From a virus, in the IMG/VR virus record IMGVR_UViG_3300037473_000089, positions 1 through 43,853 of that record: 43,853 nucleotides of DNA; one strand, written 5' to 3'. Below the pieces are notes generated by a model. It was not told where the DNA came from. It did no database searches and saw only the letters and a program-made list of their open reading frames with translations. Below are positions 18,859 to 27,312 of the stretch, piece after piece. Positions within the stretch are counted from its first letter, which is position 1; each line of letters starts with the position of its first letter. The position numbers were made by a program, and so were the translations under genes.

Positions 18859-21381
18859 ATGGCTTCGATCCTTGGGTTCCTGCTTGCCGGGACGACCTCC
18901 TATACCGTCCCGGCAGGCGTCACGGCGCTCAAGGTCGAATGCCTTGGAGCGGGTGGCAACGGCACGGCATCCGGCGGCACTGGCGGCGGCGGCGGAGCTT
19001 ATGCCGCCGTTCGCTATCTGCCCGTCGCCCCCGGTCAGGTCATCCCTTGTTCGATCGGCGCGGGCGGAAGTCAGGCCGATACCTGGTTCCAGGCGACTGG
19101 GACGGTCTTGGCGAAGGCTGGCGCCAACGGGGTCGGCACTACCGCCGCTCTCGGTGGCCAGGCCGCCGCCTGCGCAGGCGAGATCGTCAACAGCGGTGGC
19201 AACGGTGGCCCATATGTCAGCCAGTCCGGAGGCGGCGGCGGTGCTGGCGGGCCGAATGGTCCCGGCGGCAATGGCTCGTCCGGCACATCTCCCTGCGCGG
19301 GCGGCGGCGGCGGGGCCAACGGTGGTGGGAGCGCTGTTGCCGCGACCAGTTCGTCTGGTGGAACCGGCGGCACCGGTCCAACAGGGGCGGCGGGCGGTGC
19401 TGGTGCGCCTAGCGCGGCGGCGGCTGGTTCGCCGGGCGCCAATGGATCGGGCGGTGGCGGCGGCGCCGGCACAGCGAACACTTTCAGCGGCGGCGCTGGC
19501 TCGCACAATGGCGAGTGGGACTCCACCCACGGCTGCGGCTCTGGCGGCGGCGGCGCCAATTTCAGTGCCGCCTCGCCGGCTGTCGGCGGCGCTGGTGGTG
19601 GCTTCGGCGGCGGCGGCGGCAGCGGCCCGTCCGGCAGGGTTGGCGCAGGCGCTCCGGGCCTGATTGTCCTCTGGGATTTGTCGAGCGATCCCGTTCCGAG
19701 CCGTTATTTTGTCCGGCCGGGCGCCACCAGTTTCACTGTTCCGGCGAACGTCACGGCAATCAAAGTCGAGATCCTCGGCAGTGGCGGCGCCGGGCGCGCC
19801 AACACGACCACGTCTGGCGCGGGAGGCGGCGGCGGCGGCGCTGCGATAGGCGCGATCTTTGCCGTGACGCCAGGCGAGATGTTCAATGTCTCCGCACAGG
19901 CGGCCGGTGGACAGGCCCTCTCGACGTTTGCCGCGGCGTCCGGTGCGAAGCGATCGATGGCGGTCGATTATGGCCGCACCTCGCTCGGCACCGCGGGCGG
20001 CGTGGGCGGTAGTTTTGCCAACAATCGCATCATCGGGGGCCAGCTCCTCTACAGCTATTCCGGCGGTAACGGCGGCAGTGGATCGTCTCATGGTTCGGGC
20101 GGCGGTGGCGGTTCTGCCGGTCCGAAGGGCAACGGTGGCAACGGGGGCACCGGCAACACAACATTGTCGGCCGGCGGCGGCGGCGCGAACGGCGGCGGAG
20201 CTGGCACGAATGCCGCCTCCGGCGTCGGAGGCTCCACCGCTGGCGGCGACGGAGGCGCCGGCCCAGCCGGCACGCTTGGCGGCCTCGGCGCGACAACGAG
20301 CGCAGCGGCAGCGCCCGGCTCTAACGGCTCCGGCGGCGGCGGAGCGATTTCCGCAACCAATCTGACCGGCGGTGCTGGTTCTCACAACGCAGAATGGGAC
20401 ACCCTCTATGGGTGCGGTTCGGGCGGCGGCGGCGGCTATGGCACGCCATCCAACACCGGGGGCGCTGGCGGTCCGTATGGCGGCGGGGGCGGTGGCGGTG
20501 GCGCCGCGGCTGGCACGGGGGGCGCTGCGATTATCGTCATTACGGACGTCTCGGCCAACGCGTCCAATATCAAACAGGTGTTTCTGGAGCCGGGCACGAC
20601 GTCGTGGCAGGTGCCGCTGGCCGTCTCGTCGATCGATTCCGTTGAGTGCATTGGCTGCGGCGGCCGTGCGATCTTGGCGGCCGGTGGTGGCGGAGCTTAT
20701 TCCGCCGTCTTCAACCTTTCCGTCGTGCCCGGCTCCGTCCTTCCTGTTCAGGTGCCTGCCGGCGGCGGCGGCGTGCCGACTTGGTTTAGCGACCCGTCCA
20801 TCGTCCTAGCCGACTATGGACGAAACAGCGCTGGTGCAGGCGCTGCCGTTGGCGGCCTCGCGGCTAATGGTGTCGGTGCCGTAAAATACTCGGGTGGCAC
20901 GGCTGGCAGCTACAGCAGCAACGGTATGCCTGGCGGCGGTGGGTCGGCTGGCCCGAACGGCAATGGCGGCGCGGGCGGCGCAGGCTATACGGCAACCAGT
21001 GGGTCCGGCGGTGGCGGCGGTGGCGCCAACGGCGGTGGCGCCGGAACCGCAGGATCGACGACCTCCGGTGCCGGCGGCGCATCGCCGACCGGTGTAGCCG
21101 GCCCGGCCGGCGTGGCCGCGGGCATTCAGGGAATCAACTCGACAGGCGGCGCAGGTGGCGGCGGCGGTGGCCGTGGTAACGGTGCGGTTGCTGGCGGCGG
21201 CGGCAATGCGTCGCACAATGCCGAGTGGGATTCGACCCATGGCTGCGGATCGGGGGCGGGCGGACCCGGCACCCAAACAGGCGCAGTCCCCGATGGATCA
21301 TATCCCGCAGGCTATGGCGGCGGCGGTGCAGGAGCCGCTGGCAACGCGGCCGCAGGCCCCGGCCTGATCGTCATCACCTAC
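18859..21381 (+). repeat. Three tandem glycine-rich domain modules (18859-19674, 19675-20544, 20545-21381)
   Basis: Protein-level triplication. The conserved motif SHN-x-EWD-x3-GCGSG lies at 19501-19545, 20380-20424 and 21211-21255. The nucleotide sequences are diverged. Confidence 0.8.
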
Positions 21382-22332
21382 ACTGTGACGGGCTCGGTTG
21401 GCGCGGTGAACGTCACGCTCGACGACGCCACCACCAGTTCGTCGGGCCGGCTCCAGATCCGTGGACAGGCGGCCACCACGCTGGAAGATGCCACCCTTTC
21501 AGCCTCTGGGCGCGTGCGCATTGCCGGGCGTGTGAACGTCCAACTGGATGACGCGGTGGGCGCTGGAAGCGGCAGGCTCGGCATCAGGGGGCAGAGCACG
21601 GTCGTGCTCGACGATGCGATCCTCAACGCCACGGGGAAGCTCAGCATCAAGGCCGCCGCTAACATCCAGCTGGAGGATGCTGTCGGCGTCGCTCGCGGCG
21701 GCGCTCCCTCGCTTGAGGGAAGCCTCGCCGTCATCCTCGACGACGCCACGATGACCGCATCCGGGAAGCTCGGGATCAAGGCAGGTGCCGCGATCCAGCT
21801 CGAAGACGCCACGCTCGATGCTCACCTTTCCAGCGTCATCAAAGGTCAGGTCAACATTACACTCGAAGACGCGGAGCCCGCACCCATCATGCTCACCGGA
21901 CCCATCATTGCGACGGCAGATCAGACGATCGTCGTCCCGGCCGTCGCGGCCTCGACGCAGTCCGGCGCCGGGCTGCCGCAAGGCGCGCTGGCGTGGAACC
22001 AGCCGCTCGACCCCGCCGATCGCGGGCCGCGGGCCTTCGACTTCACGCCCCTGCTCAATGGCGCGAAAATCGCCGAGGTGCTGAAGATCACGATGTCGCC
22101 TTCGGGGGCGGCCGTGGGCCTCATGGTCGACGGCGATCCGGCCCGCCAGCCGATCATCGGCTCCGACGGCGAGAAGATGCAGATGTGGTTCCTCGTCGAT
22201 CCGGGGATGCAGGATCTCGACGTCTTCGCGAACGGCGGCGTGCAGGTCGGTGTCTCTGTGAAAATTCAGACCGATGCCTTTCCCGCGCAGGAATACGAGC
22301 GGACCGGCGTCCTTACCGTGAGGCAGCTCTGA
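18859..22332 (+). CDS. Tail fibre-like protein with three tandem glycine-rich domains, eight 21-aa repeats and a distinct C-terminal domain
   Basis: 1157 aa. Each ~275-290-aa module starts like YTVPAGVTALKVECLGAGGNG and ends like GLIVLW, IIVIT or LIVITY, the pattern of phage glycine-rich fibre domains. Confidence 0.8.
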   Translation: MASILGFLLAGTTSYTVPAGVTALKVECLGAGGNGTASGGTGGGGGAYAAVRYLPVAPGQVIPCSIGAGGSQADTWFQATGTVLAKAGANGVGTTAALGGQAAACAGEIVNSGGNGGPYVSQSGGGGGAGGPNGPGGNGSSGTSPCAGGGGGANGGGSAVAATSSSGGTGGTGPTGAAGGAGAPSAAAAGSPGANGSGGGGGAGTANTFSGGAGSHNGEWDSTHGCGSGGGGANFSAASPAVGGAGGGFGGGGGSGPSGRVGAGAPGLIVLWDLSSDPVPSRYFVRPGATSFTVPANVTAIKVEILGSGGAGRANTTTSGAGGGGGGAAIGAIFAVTPGEMFNVSAQAAGGQALSTFAAASGAKRSMAVDYGRTSLGTAGGVGGSFANNRIIGGQLLYSYSGGNGGSGSSHGSGGGGGSAGPKGNGGNGGTGNTTLSAGGGGANGGGAGTNAASGVGGSTAGGDGGAGPAGTLGGLGATTSAAAAPGSNGSGGGGAISATNLTGGAGSHNAEWDTLYGCGSGGGGGYGTPSNTGGAGGPYGGGGGGGGAAAGTGGAAIIVITDVSANASNIKQVFLEPGTTSWQVPLAVSSIDSVECIGCGGRAILAAGGGGAYSAVFNLSVVPGSVLPVQVPAGGGGVPTWFSDPSIVLADYGRNSAGAGAAVGGLAANGVGAVKYSGGTAGSYSSNGMPGGGGSAGPNGNGGAGGAGYTATSGSGGGGGGANGGGAGTAGSTTSGAGGASPTGVAGPAGVAAGIQGINSTGGAGGGGGGRGNGAVAGGGGNASHNAEWDSTHGCGSGAGGPGTQTGAVPDGSYPAGYGGGGAGAAGNAAAGPGLIVITYTVTGSVGAVNVTLDDATTSSSGRLQIRGQAATTLEDATLSASGRVRIAGRVNVQLDDAVGAGSGRLGIRGQSTVVLDDAILNATGKLSIKAAANIQLEDAVGVARGGAPSLEGSLAVILDDATMTASGKLGIKAGAAIQLEDATLDAHLSSVIKGQVNITLEDAEPAPIMLTGPIIATADQTIVVPAVAASTQSGAGLPQGALAWNQPLDPADRGPRAFDFTPLLNGAKIAEVLKITMSPSGAAVGLMVDGDPARQPIIGSDGEKMQMWFLVDPGMQDLDVFANGGVQVGVSVKIQTDAFPAQEYERTGVLTVRQL
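21406..21912 (+). repeat. Eight tandem ~63-nt (21-aa) coding repeats
   Basis: Units VNVTLDDATTSSSGRLQIRGQ / AATTLEDATLSASGRVRIAGR / VNVQLDDAVGAGSGRLGIRGQ / STVVLDDAILNATGKLSIKAA / ... Consensus x3-(L)-(D/E)-D-A-x5-G-(R/K)-L-x-I-x-G. Confidence 0.8.
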
Positions 22333-22598
22333 TGGTTCCGATCGATAACGGCTACCGCTTCCCGCTGGTCATCCCGAACGTGTTTTCGGGGCAGGCGGGG
22401 GTGTCCGGCAATCAGCTTGCCTTCATCCCCAATTTGCGGGGCGGCCGTGCGGAGCTGGCGAAGAGCGGCACGCTCGACGGCTTTCAGATTCCGCTCGTCG
22501 TCCAGAAACTCGGCGCAGGCCCGTTCTACGGCGCGACCTTCGATCCTTTCCTGCTGGCCGAGATGCGCGCGGCGGCCACCACCGGAGACCGCCCATGA
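22332..22598 (+). CDS. Hypothetical protein (possible fibre accessory)
   Basis: 88 aa. ATG overlaps the fibre gene stop (TGATG). Confidence 0.5.
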   Translation: MVPIDNGYRFPLVIPNVFSGQAGVSGNQLAFIPNLRGGRAELAKSGTLDGFQIPLVVQKLGAGPFYGATFDPFLLAEMRAAATTGDRP

Positions 22599-23056
22599 GC
22601 GCACTATCTACCATCACCGCGCATAGGGGAGCGCCGATGCCCAACTGGTTCGAAGAGGCGCTGATCAAGTACGGCTGGATTTGGATCGGGCTGAGTGTTG
22701 GATTTGCCGCGAAATATGCGCTGCTCATCAAGCGCGGCATCCCGGTAAAGCCCCGGCTGGTCTTTGCCGATCTGCTGTTGCTGCCGATGGTCTGCCTGAT
22801 TGCCTACCAGATCGCTACGCGCGCGGGCCTTCAGGCGGAGAGCGCGGCGCTCGTGACATGCTTCTGCACCGTCGGCGCCGATCGCCTCGTCAAGCTGCTC
22901 ACCGAGCGCTTCTGGCGCCAGATCGAGGCGGCCACGCTGCGCGACGTCGCCAATGATGTCGTCAACAGCAAGGGCGAACTGCGCCAGGCGGTGCAAATTG
23001 CTGAAAGCGCGAAGGCGGTCGTCGCGCGCGAATATAAGCCCGATCACGCTGACTGA
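22595..23056 (+). CDS. Holin candidate (multi-TM membrane protein)
   Basis: 153 aa with 2-3 hydrophobic helices (WIWIGLSVGFAAKYALLI, LVFADLLLLPMVCLIAYQIA) and a charged C-terminus. Directly upstream of the endolysin. Confidence 0.5.
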   Translation: MSALSTITAHRGAPMPNWFEEALIKYGWIWIGLSVGFAAKYALLIKRGIPVKPRLVFADLLLLPMVCLIAYQIATRAGLQAESAALVTCFCTVGADRLVKLLTERFWRQIEAATLRDVANDVVNSKGELRQAVQIAESAKAVVAREYKPDHAD

Positions 23057-23102
23057 TCCGGCGCGGGGCTAACCCGCGCTCACATCACATCGGAGGTTTC
23101 CC

Positions 23103-23624
23103 ATGACCCCACTCGCTTGGGGGCGGCGCGTCACGCCCGCCTTCCGGGATCGCGTGCGCGCGATTGCCGACGGCTTTGCCGGTGCCACTGCCTCGGACCT
23201 CATGGCCTGCATGGCATGGGAGACGGGTCGGACCTTCTCGCCCACTGTGCGCAACGGCGCTGGCAGCGGCGCGGTCGGCCTCGTCCAGTTCATGCCGCAG
23301 ACCGCCCTCGGGCTCCACACCACCACCGAGAAGCTGGCGGCACTGACGGCCGAGCAGCAGCTCGATTACGTCGACCTGTATTTCCGGCCGGTGGCGCGTC
23401 GCCTCCACAACCTGGGCGACCTCTACTGCGCGATCCTCTGGCCGGCTGGCATCGGCAAGGCGGACGACGAGATCCTGTTCAAGGCCGGCGGCGATCGACC
23501 GAAGCTCTACCTTCAGAACAAGGGCCTCGATCTCGACCATGACGGCGACATCACGCGCGGCGAGGTGACGGCCAAGGTCCGCGCCTTGCTCGCCGAGGGC
23601 CTACTGCCGGCGAACGCCGCTTAA
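23103..23624 (+). CDS. Endolysin candidate (lytic transglycosylase / SLT-like)
   Basis: 173 aa. ...LMACMAWETGRTFSP...GAVGLVQFMPQTA... is an SLT-like catalytic Glu context. RBS GGAGG upstream. Confidence 0.6.
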   Translation: MTPLAWGRRVTPAFRDRVRAIADGFAGATASDLMACMAWETGRTFSPTVRNGAGSGAVGLVQFMPQTALGLHTTTEKLAALTAEQQLDYVDLYFRPVARRLHNLGDLYCAILWPAGIGKADDEILFKAGGDRPKLYLQNKGLDLDHDGDITRGEVTAKVRALLAEGLLPANAA

Positions 23625-23655
23625 CGCACGACTCCCCACCAATCAGGAGACGCTT

Positions 23656-24099
23656 ATGAATATGCTCGCCCGGGCAGGGCTGCTGCTGTCCGTCCTCTTC
23701 GCGTCGTCGCCTGCGCTCGCGCAGCACGCCACGACCTCTCTGGCTCCCGCCGGCTTTGCGCCCGAATATGCTCCTGTTGTTGTGGCCGCGACGTCGACGG
23801 CTCTCACCGCGACGCCCGTGACGGGCACAACCATGCTCGGGCCATTCAACCCGCAGCTCGGCCGCGATCTCCGCATCATTATCAAGGGGACCGGCTGGGC
23901 GGGGACGATCACTGTCGGCACGTCGACGAAGGCCGAGGCTTGCTCGACCCTCAATGCTCTCACTGTCGCGGGCCAGCCTTGGGGCTCGTACACGGGTAAC
24001 GCGAACGAGGTCGTTGACACCCCGACCCTCGATAACATCGTCTATTGCGTCCAGGCCGTAATCGCCTCCGGCTCGCCTAGCATCACGGTGCGCCAGTGA
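23656..24099 (+). CDS. Secreted hypothetical protein
   Basis: 147 aa with Sec signal MNMLARAGLLLSVLFASSPALA-QH. RBS AGGAGA upstream. Confidence 0.6.
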   Translation: MNMLARAGLLLSVLFASSPALAQHATTSLAPAGFAPEYAPVVVAATSTALTATPVTGTTMLGPFNPQLGRDLRIIIKGTGWAGTITVGTSTKAEACSTLNALTVAGQPWGSYTGNANEVVDTPTLDNIVYCVQAVIASGSPSITVRQ

Positions 24100-25418
24100 A
24101 CGCCCGTCTCATGAGCGCGCTCAGCGCGCTGCTGCTGGCTTTCGGGCTGATCACCAACCCGGCTTATGGAGCCGTCGACACCGTGGCACGCGGGCTTGCG
24201 GTCCAGGCCGCGGCGCAGGCGCCTGCTGCTGATCCGCGCATCTCGGTTCGCCCCGCCACGGTCCGGCAGGTCACTGGTCGGTCCTACCTGCCGGGCAATT
24301 ACTCCGCCACGACGAGCATGATGACCCGCTCGTGGCAGCGTGCCTATGTGCCGGTCAGCGCGATCAAAATCGCGATCCCCAACTGGTATGTGAACACGAC
24401 GACCGGCGGAGAGGTCGGCTTCGGTGGCGTACTCACCGCGACTGCCTCGATCGAATATCCGAAAGGCACCTTCACCCGGATCACCTTCGGCGGTGGCCAG
24501 ACCTCGGGCACGGCTGCCGACTTCACGACGCTTTGGTCAGACCTGACGCCGCTCGGCTTCACGATCCCGGCGAACGCCTATTTCCGCATCTCGATCTACA
24601 TGGCGAACCCGGTCGGCCTGGCGAACATGAACTATGCGTTCGCATCCGATCGCGGCCGTGGCGATGAGTTCGCCTACAACGGCACAGATCACACGATGGA
24701 CGCGACGGTGCAGGGGTCGGGCACCACGTCCGCCTATTACCCTGCCGCCGTCCTGGCGATGTCAGATCGGCCGGTCTGGTTTGTCATCGGCGATAGCCTC
24801 GCCGCGGGCATCAACGAGACGATCACCGACCCATCGGGCGGGCGCGGCTTCGTCGGCCGCGCGCTGGCGAAGCTCGGGCCGTACCTGAATTATGGCGTCC
24901 CCGGTGACTATGCCCAGTGGTTCGTTGCCGGCCATGCTCGGCGTCTCGAGCTGCTCCAGGCGGCCGGTGTCACCGCTGGCTTCGATCTCTATGGCTCAAA
25001 CGACATCTACAACGGGCGGACATCTGCCCAGCTGATCGCCGATCGCGCCACGATCCGGGGCTATCTGCCCAGCATCAACATCTACGACGGCACGGTAACG
25101 CCGCGCACCGCCAGCAACGACAACTGGAAGACGGCGGCGAACCAGACGATCAGCAACACCACGACGAACACGCAGCGCGTCACCTTCAACACCGGCGTGC
25201 GCGCCGGCCTCGCCGGGTCGCCCGGCTACGTCGATATCGCCGGCGGAGTCGAAACCTCGACCAGCGACGAGTTCGGGCCGGTGCAGGATGGGGGAGTGCT
25301 GATCCCGCGCCTGCTGCGCAAGGCTGACGGGACTTCGCCGGACGGCGTTCACCTCGGCACGGAGGGCTATCGCTCTTTGGAGCCGCTCGTGAGCGGCCTG
25401 CTCGCTGTCGCCCGCTGA
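24096..25418 (+). CDS. Secreted SGNH/GDSL-family hydrolase with N-terminal beta-rich domain
   Basis: 440 aa with signal peptide ...LLLAFGLITNPAYG-AV. Block I is VWFVIGDSLAAG, block III DLYGSNDI and block V SPDGVHLG. GTGA overlap with the upstream gene. Confidence 0.7.
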   Translation: MNARLMSALSALLLAFGLITNPAYGAVDTVARGLAVQAAAQAPAADPRISVRPATVRQVTGRSYLPGNYSATTSMMTRSWQRAYVPVSAIKIAIPNWYVNTTTGGEVGFGGVLTATASIEYPKGTFTRITFGGGQTSGTAADFTTLWSDLTPLGFTIPANAYFRISIYMANPVGLANMNYAFASDRGRGDEFAYNGTDHTMDATVQGSGTTSAYYPAAVLAMSDRPVWFVIGDSLAAGINETITDPSGGRGFVGRALAKLGPYLNYGVPGDYAQWFVAGHARRLELLQAAGVTAGFDLYGSNDIYNGRTSAQLIADRATIRGYLPSINIYDGTVTPRTASNDNWKTAANQTISNTTTNTQRVTFNTGVRAGLAGSPGYVDIAGGVETSTSDEFGPVQDGGVLIPRLLRKADGTSPDGVHLGTEGYRSLEPLVSGLLAVAR

Positions 25419-25431
25419 ACGGGGGCGCAAC

Positions 25432-25779
25432 ATGACCGGCGAACACAATCCCGACCGCTTCCGCAACATCCTCGCCTTCTTCCTTGTGGGAGCGTTCGTC
25501 GCGGTCCTGCCATGCCTGATCCTGAAGGACATCCCGGCCGGCAACCGCGACATCATCACATACATGGTCGGCCAGCTCTCGGGCATGGCGACGACCGCGC
25601 TCGGCTTTTACTTCGTCAACAAGGTCGGCGCCGACGCGCTGGAGGCGAAGAAGGCCGACAACACCAGCAAGGCCCTCGACGCGATCGCGGCCGCGCAAGG
25701 CGGTCCGGTGAAGCCGGACGTCACCCTGAAACCCGGCGAGACCGCGCAGGCGGCCCCGGACCCCATCGGAGAACAATAA
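25432..25779 (+). CDS. Small membrane protein (2 predicted TM helices)
   Basis: 115 aa. ILAFFLVGAFVAVLPCLIL and ITYMVGQLSGMATTALGFYFV, then an Ala/Lys/Pro-rich tail. Confidence 0.6.
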   Translation: MTGEHNPDRFRNILAFFLVGAFVAVLPCLILKDIPAGNRDIITYMVGQLSGMATTALGFYFVNKVGADALEAKKADNTSKALDAIAAAQGGPVKPDVTLKPGETAQAAPDPIGEQ

Positions 25780-26363
25780 TGCTGACCGAACGGATGAACC
25801 GCCGTGCGCTCCTGCTCGGCCTGGGCGCGGGCACTGCGGCGCTGATGCTTGCCGGCTGCGCGACCACGAAGGACGGGCACACCACGACCGTCACCCTCAA
25901 CGTCGCCAAGATCACCGCCTATGCCCAGCTCGGCCTGAATGCGGCCGTGACGGTGACCGACGCGCTGGCGCTGTTCCCGTCGCTGGCGAGCTACATTGCT
26001 CCGGTGCAGAAGGTGGAGGGCGTTCTGAAGGACGCGCTGGCCAACTTCACCGAGGCCGCCGGCTCGAACCTCACGGTCAGCTACAACGACGCGAGCATCA
26101 AGGCCGCTGTGGATTCGGTGCTGGCTGATATCCAGTCGGTGGCTTCCGAGATCGCCACGATCATCCTCGCCATGGCGAAGCAGTCCGCGCTCGGCTTGTC
26201 GGATGGCACGGTGTCGAAGGTCCAGCTGGTCCATGACGCTCTCACGACCATCATCGCCGTGTTCCGCGCGCTCCTGACCACCAACACCGCGCTGGCGGTG
26301 GGCGCTGCGCCTCGGCTCGCCATGAGCGAGGCCCAAGCCGTCCGGGTGCTCCGGGCCGCATGA
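25779..26363 (+). CDS. Lipoprotein (Tat-like RR signal plus lipobox LAGC)
   Basis: 194 aa. MLTERMNRRALLLGLGAGTAALMLAGC, then an Ala/Leu/Thr-rich helical body. TAATG overlap with the upstream gene. Confidence 0.65.
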   Translation: MLTERMNRRALLLGLGAGTAALMLAGCATTKDGHTTTVTLNVAKITAYAQLGLNAAVTVTDALALFPSLASYIAPVQKVEGVLKDALANFTEAAGSNLTVSYNDASIKAAVDSVLADIQSVASEIATIILAMAKQSALGLSDGTVSKVQLVHDALTTIIAVFRALLTTNTALAVGAAPRLAMSEAQAVRVLRAA

Positions 26364-26617
26364 ACCGCGCCAGCGTGGTCGTCGCTGGCTATACCACCCA
26401 CCCGGAGAGCGGCGCCTCGCTTCTCCGGGTGATGGTGGACCAGCCCTTTGCGCGGGGCGGCCTGCGCTGCGAGACGACCGACCTATGGGCGGAGCGATCC
26501 GCGCCGCAGCCTGCTACGGGCGAGGCGGTGGAGTGGGACCACCGGCATGTGTGGATCAGGGGCGTTCGGTACGACAAGCCGGAGAACGATCGTCCGACAA
26601 ACATGCCGCTGCATTGA
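26360..26617 (+). CDS. Hypothetical protein
   Basis: 85 aa. ATGA overlap with the lipoprotein gene. Last gene of the rightward late block. Confidence 0.45.
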   Translation: MNRASVVVAGYTTHPESGASLLRVMVDQPFARGGLRCETTDLWAERSAPQPATGEAVEWDHRHVWIRGVRYDKPENDRPTNMPLH

Positions 26618-26709
26618 GGAGCAAGCTCAGTCCGGCAGCATCTCGAACGTAACGGGTACGGTGTCCCCGCCATGCCCGGACGGTGGCGGAGTGCTGGGGA
26701 AGTATTCGG

Positions 26710-26955
26710 TTACACGGATTTTGCGGCCGTCCAGCGGCCGACCTTTACCAGATCGCCCTTAGACTGGTCGGACATGGCGATTCCACACGCGCCACCCCCG
26801 CCGCCGCTTCCAGCAAATGCCGTCTCACCGCCGACCTGGGCTATGCCGTATTTCGGGGCAGTGTGCTGGCGGTAAGCCTTCACCTTGTTCACCGGCCATG
26901 GCCGTCCGTGCTCGTCCGTCGGCCACCGCTCACTACCGTCCTCATTCCCGGTCAT
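26710..26955 (-). CDS. Hypothetical protein co-transcribed with the XRE regulator
   Basis: 81 aa with an ATGA overlap with the upstream XRE gene. A different open frame continues 26627-26758 (see findings). Confidence 0.4.
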   Translation of the reverse strand: MTGNEDGSERWPTDEHGRPWPVNKVKAYRQHTAPKYGIAQVGGETAFAGSGGGGGACGIAMSDQSKGDLVKVGRWTAAKSV

Positions 26956-27290
26956 TGGCCTGCTTCCTCCATTTCGTCAGCGCGAGCCTCCAGCAGGTCG
27001 GCGGCGATGCCAATATCGGTCGCGTCGAAACGCAGAACCTGCGCCTGCGCGCGGGCCTGCTTCGCGAGCGTAGCCGCGACGCGGATCAACTGCACGAGGT
27101 CCGACACGCGCCGATGATCCTCGCAAACGTGGAGTACCGCCAGCTCGGTGCGGCGCTCGATCGGCGCTTGCCCGCGCTCCATCTGGCCGATCGTCTCGCG
27201 GGACATCCCGATCGCGTCGGCAAGCTCTGCCTGCGACATCTTCGCCGCCTTGCGCAGGGCCTGAAGCCGCTCTCCGGTCATCGTTGGCAT
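26952..27290 (-). CDS. XRE-family helix-turn-helix transcriptional regulator
   Basis: 112 aa. LQALRKAAKMSQAELADAIGMSRETIGQMERGQ is a classic HTH_3/XRE motif. Confidence 0.8.
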   Translation of the reverse strand: MPTMTGERLQALRKAAKMSQAELADAIGMSRETIGQMERGQAPIERRTELAVLHVCEDHRRVSDLVQLIRVAATLAKQARAQAQVLRFDATDIGIAADLLEARADEMEEAGQ

Positions 27291-27312
27291 TTCTCAACCT
27301 TCGCGCTATATT
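27284..27312 (+). promoter_or_regulatory. Near-consensus sigma70-type promoter (TTGGCA-17 nt-TATATT) facing away from the XRE gene
   Basis: -35 TTGGCA at 27284-27289, overlapping the XRE start codon on the opposite strand. -10 TATATT at 27307-27312 with 17-nt spacing. Confidence 0.55.

Noticed and set aside
21406-21912. Regular 63-nt repeats, and the 11-12-bp GGGCACA repeats at 40454-40517, considered as a possible CRISPR array.
   Set aside because: Both lie in frame inside long coding sequences. The repeats are diverged or contiguous with no unique spacers, and no cas genes are present.
18859-22332. Diversity-generating retroelement (template/variable repeat pair) targeting the fibre gene.
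   Set aside because: No reverse transcriptase gene is present anywhere in the window, and no near-identical A-mutated repeat pair was seen. The internal repeats are diverged at all base types.
25432-26363. Membrane protein plus lipoprotein pair considered as an i-spanin/o-spanin pair.
   Set aside because: The membrane protein has two TM helices rather than one N-terminal anchor. The lipoprotein is 194 aa and helical rather than a short Pro-rich o-spanin. The pair is also separated from the endolysin by two secreted-protein genes. It is left as uncertain rather than called.
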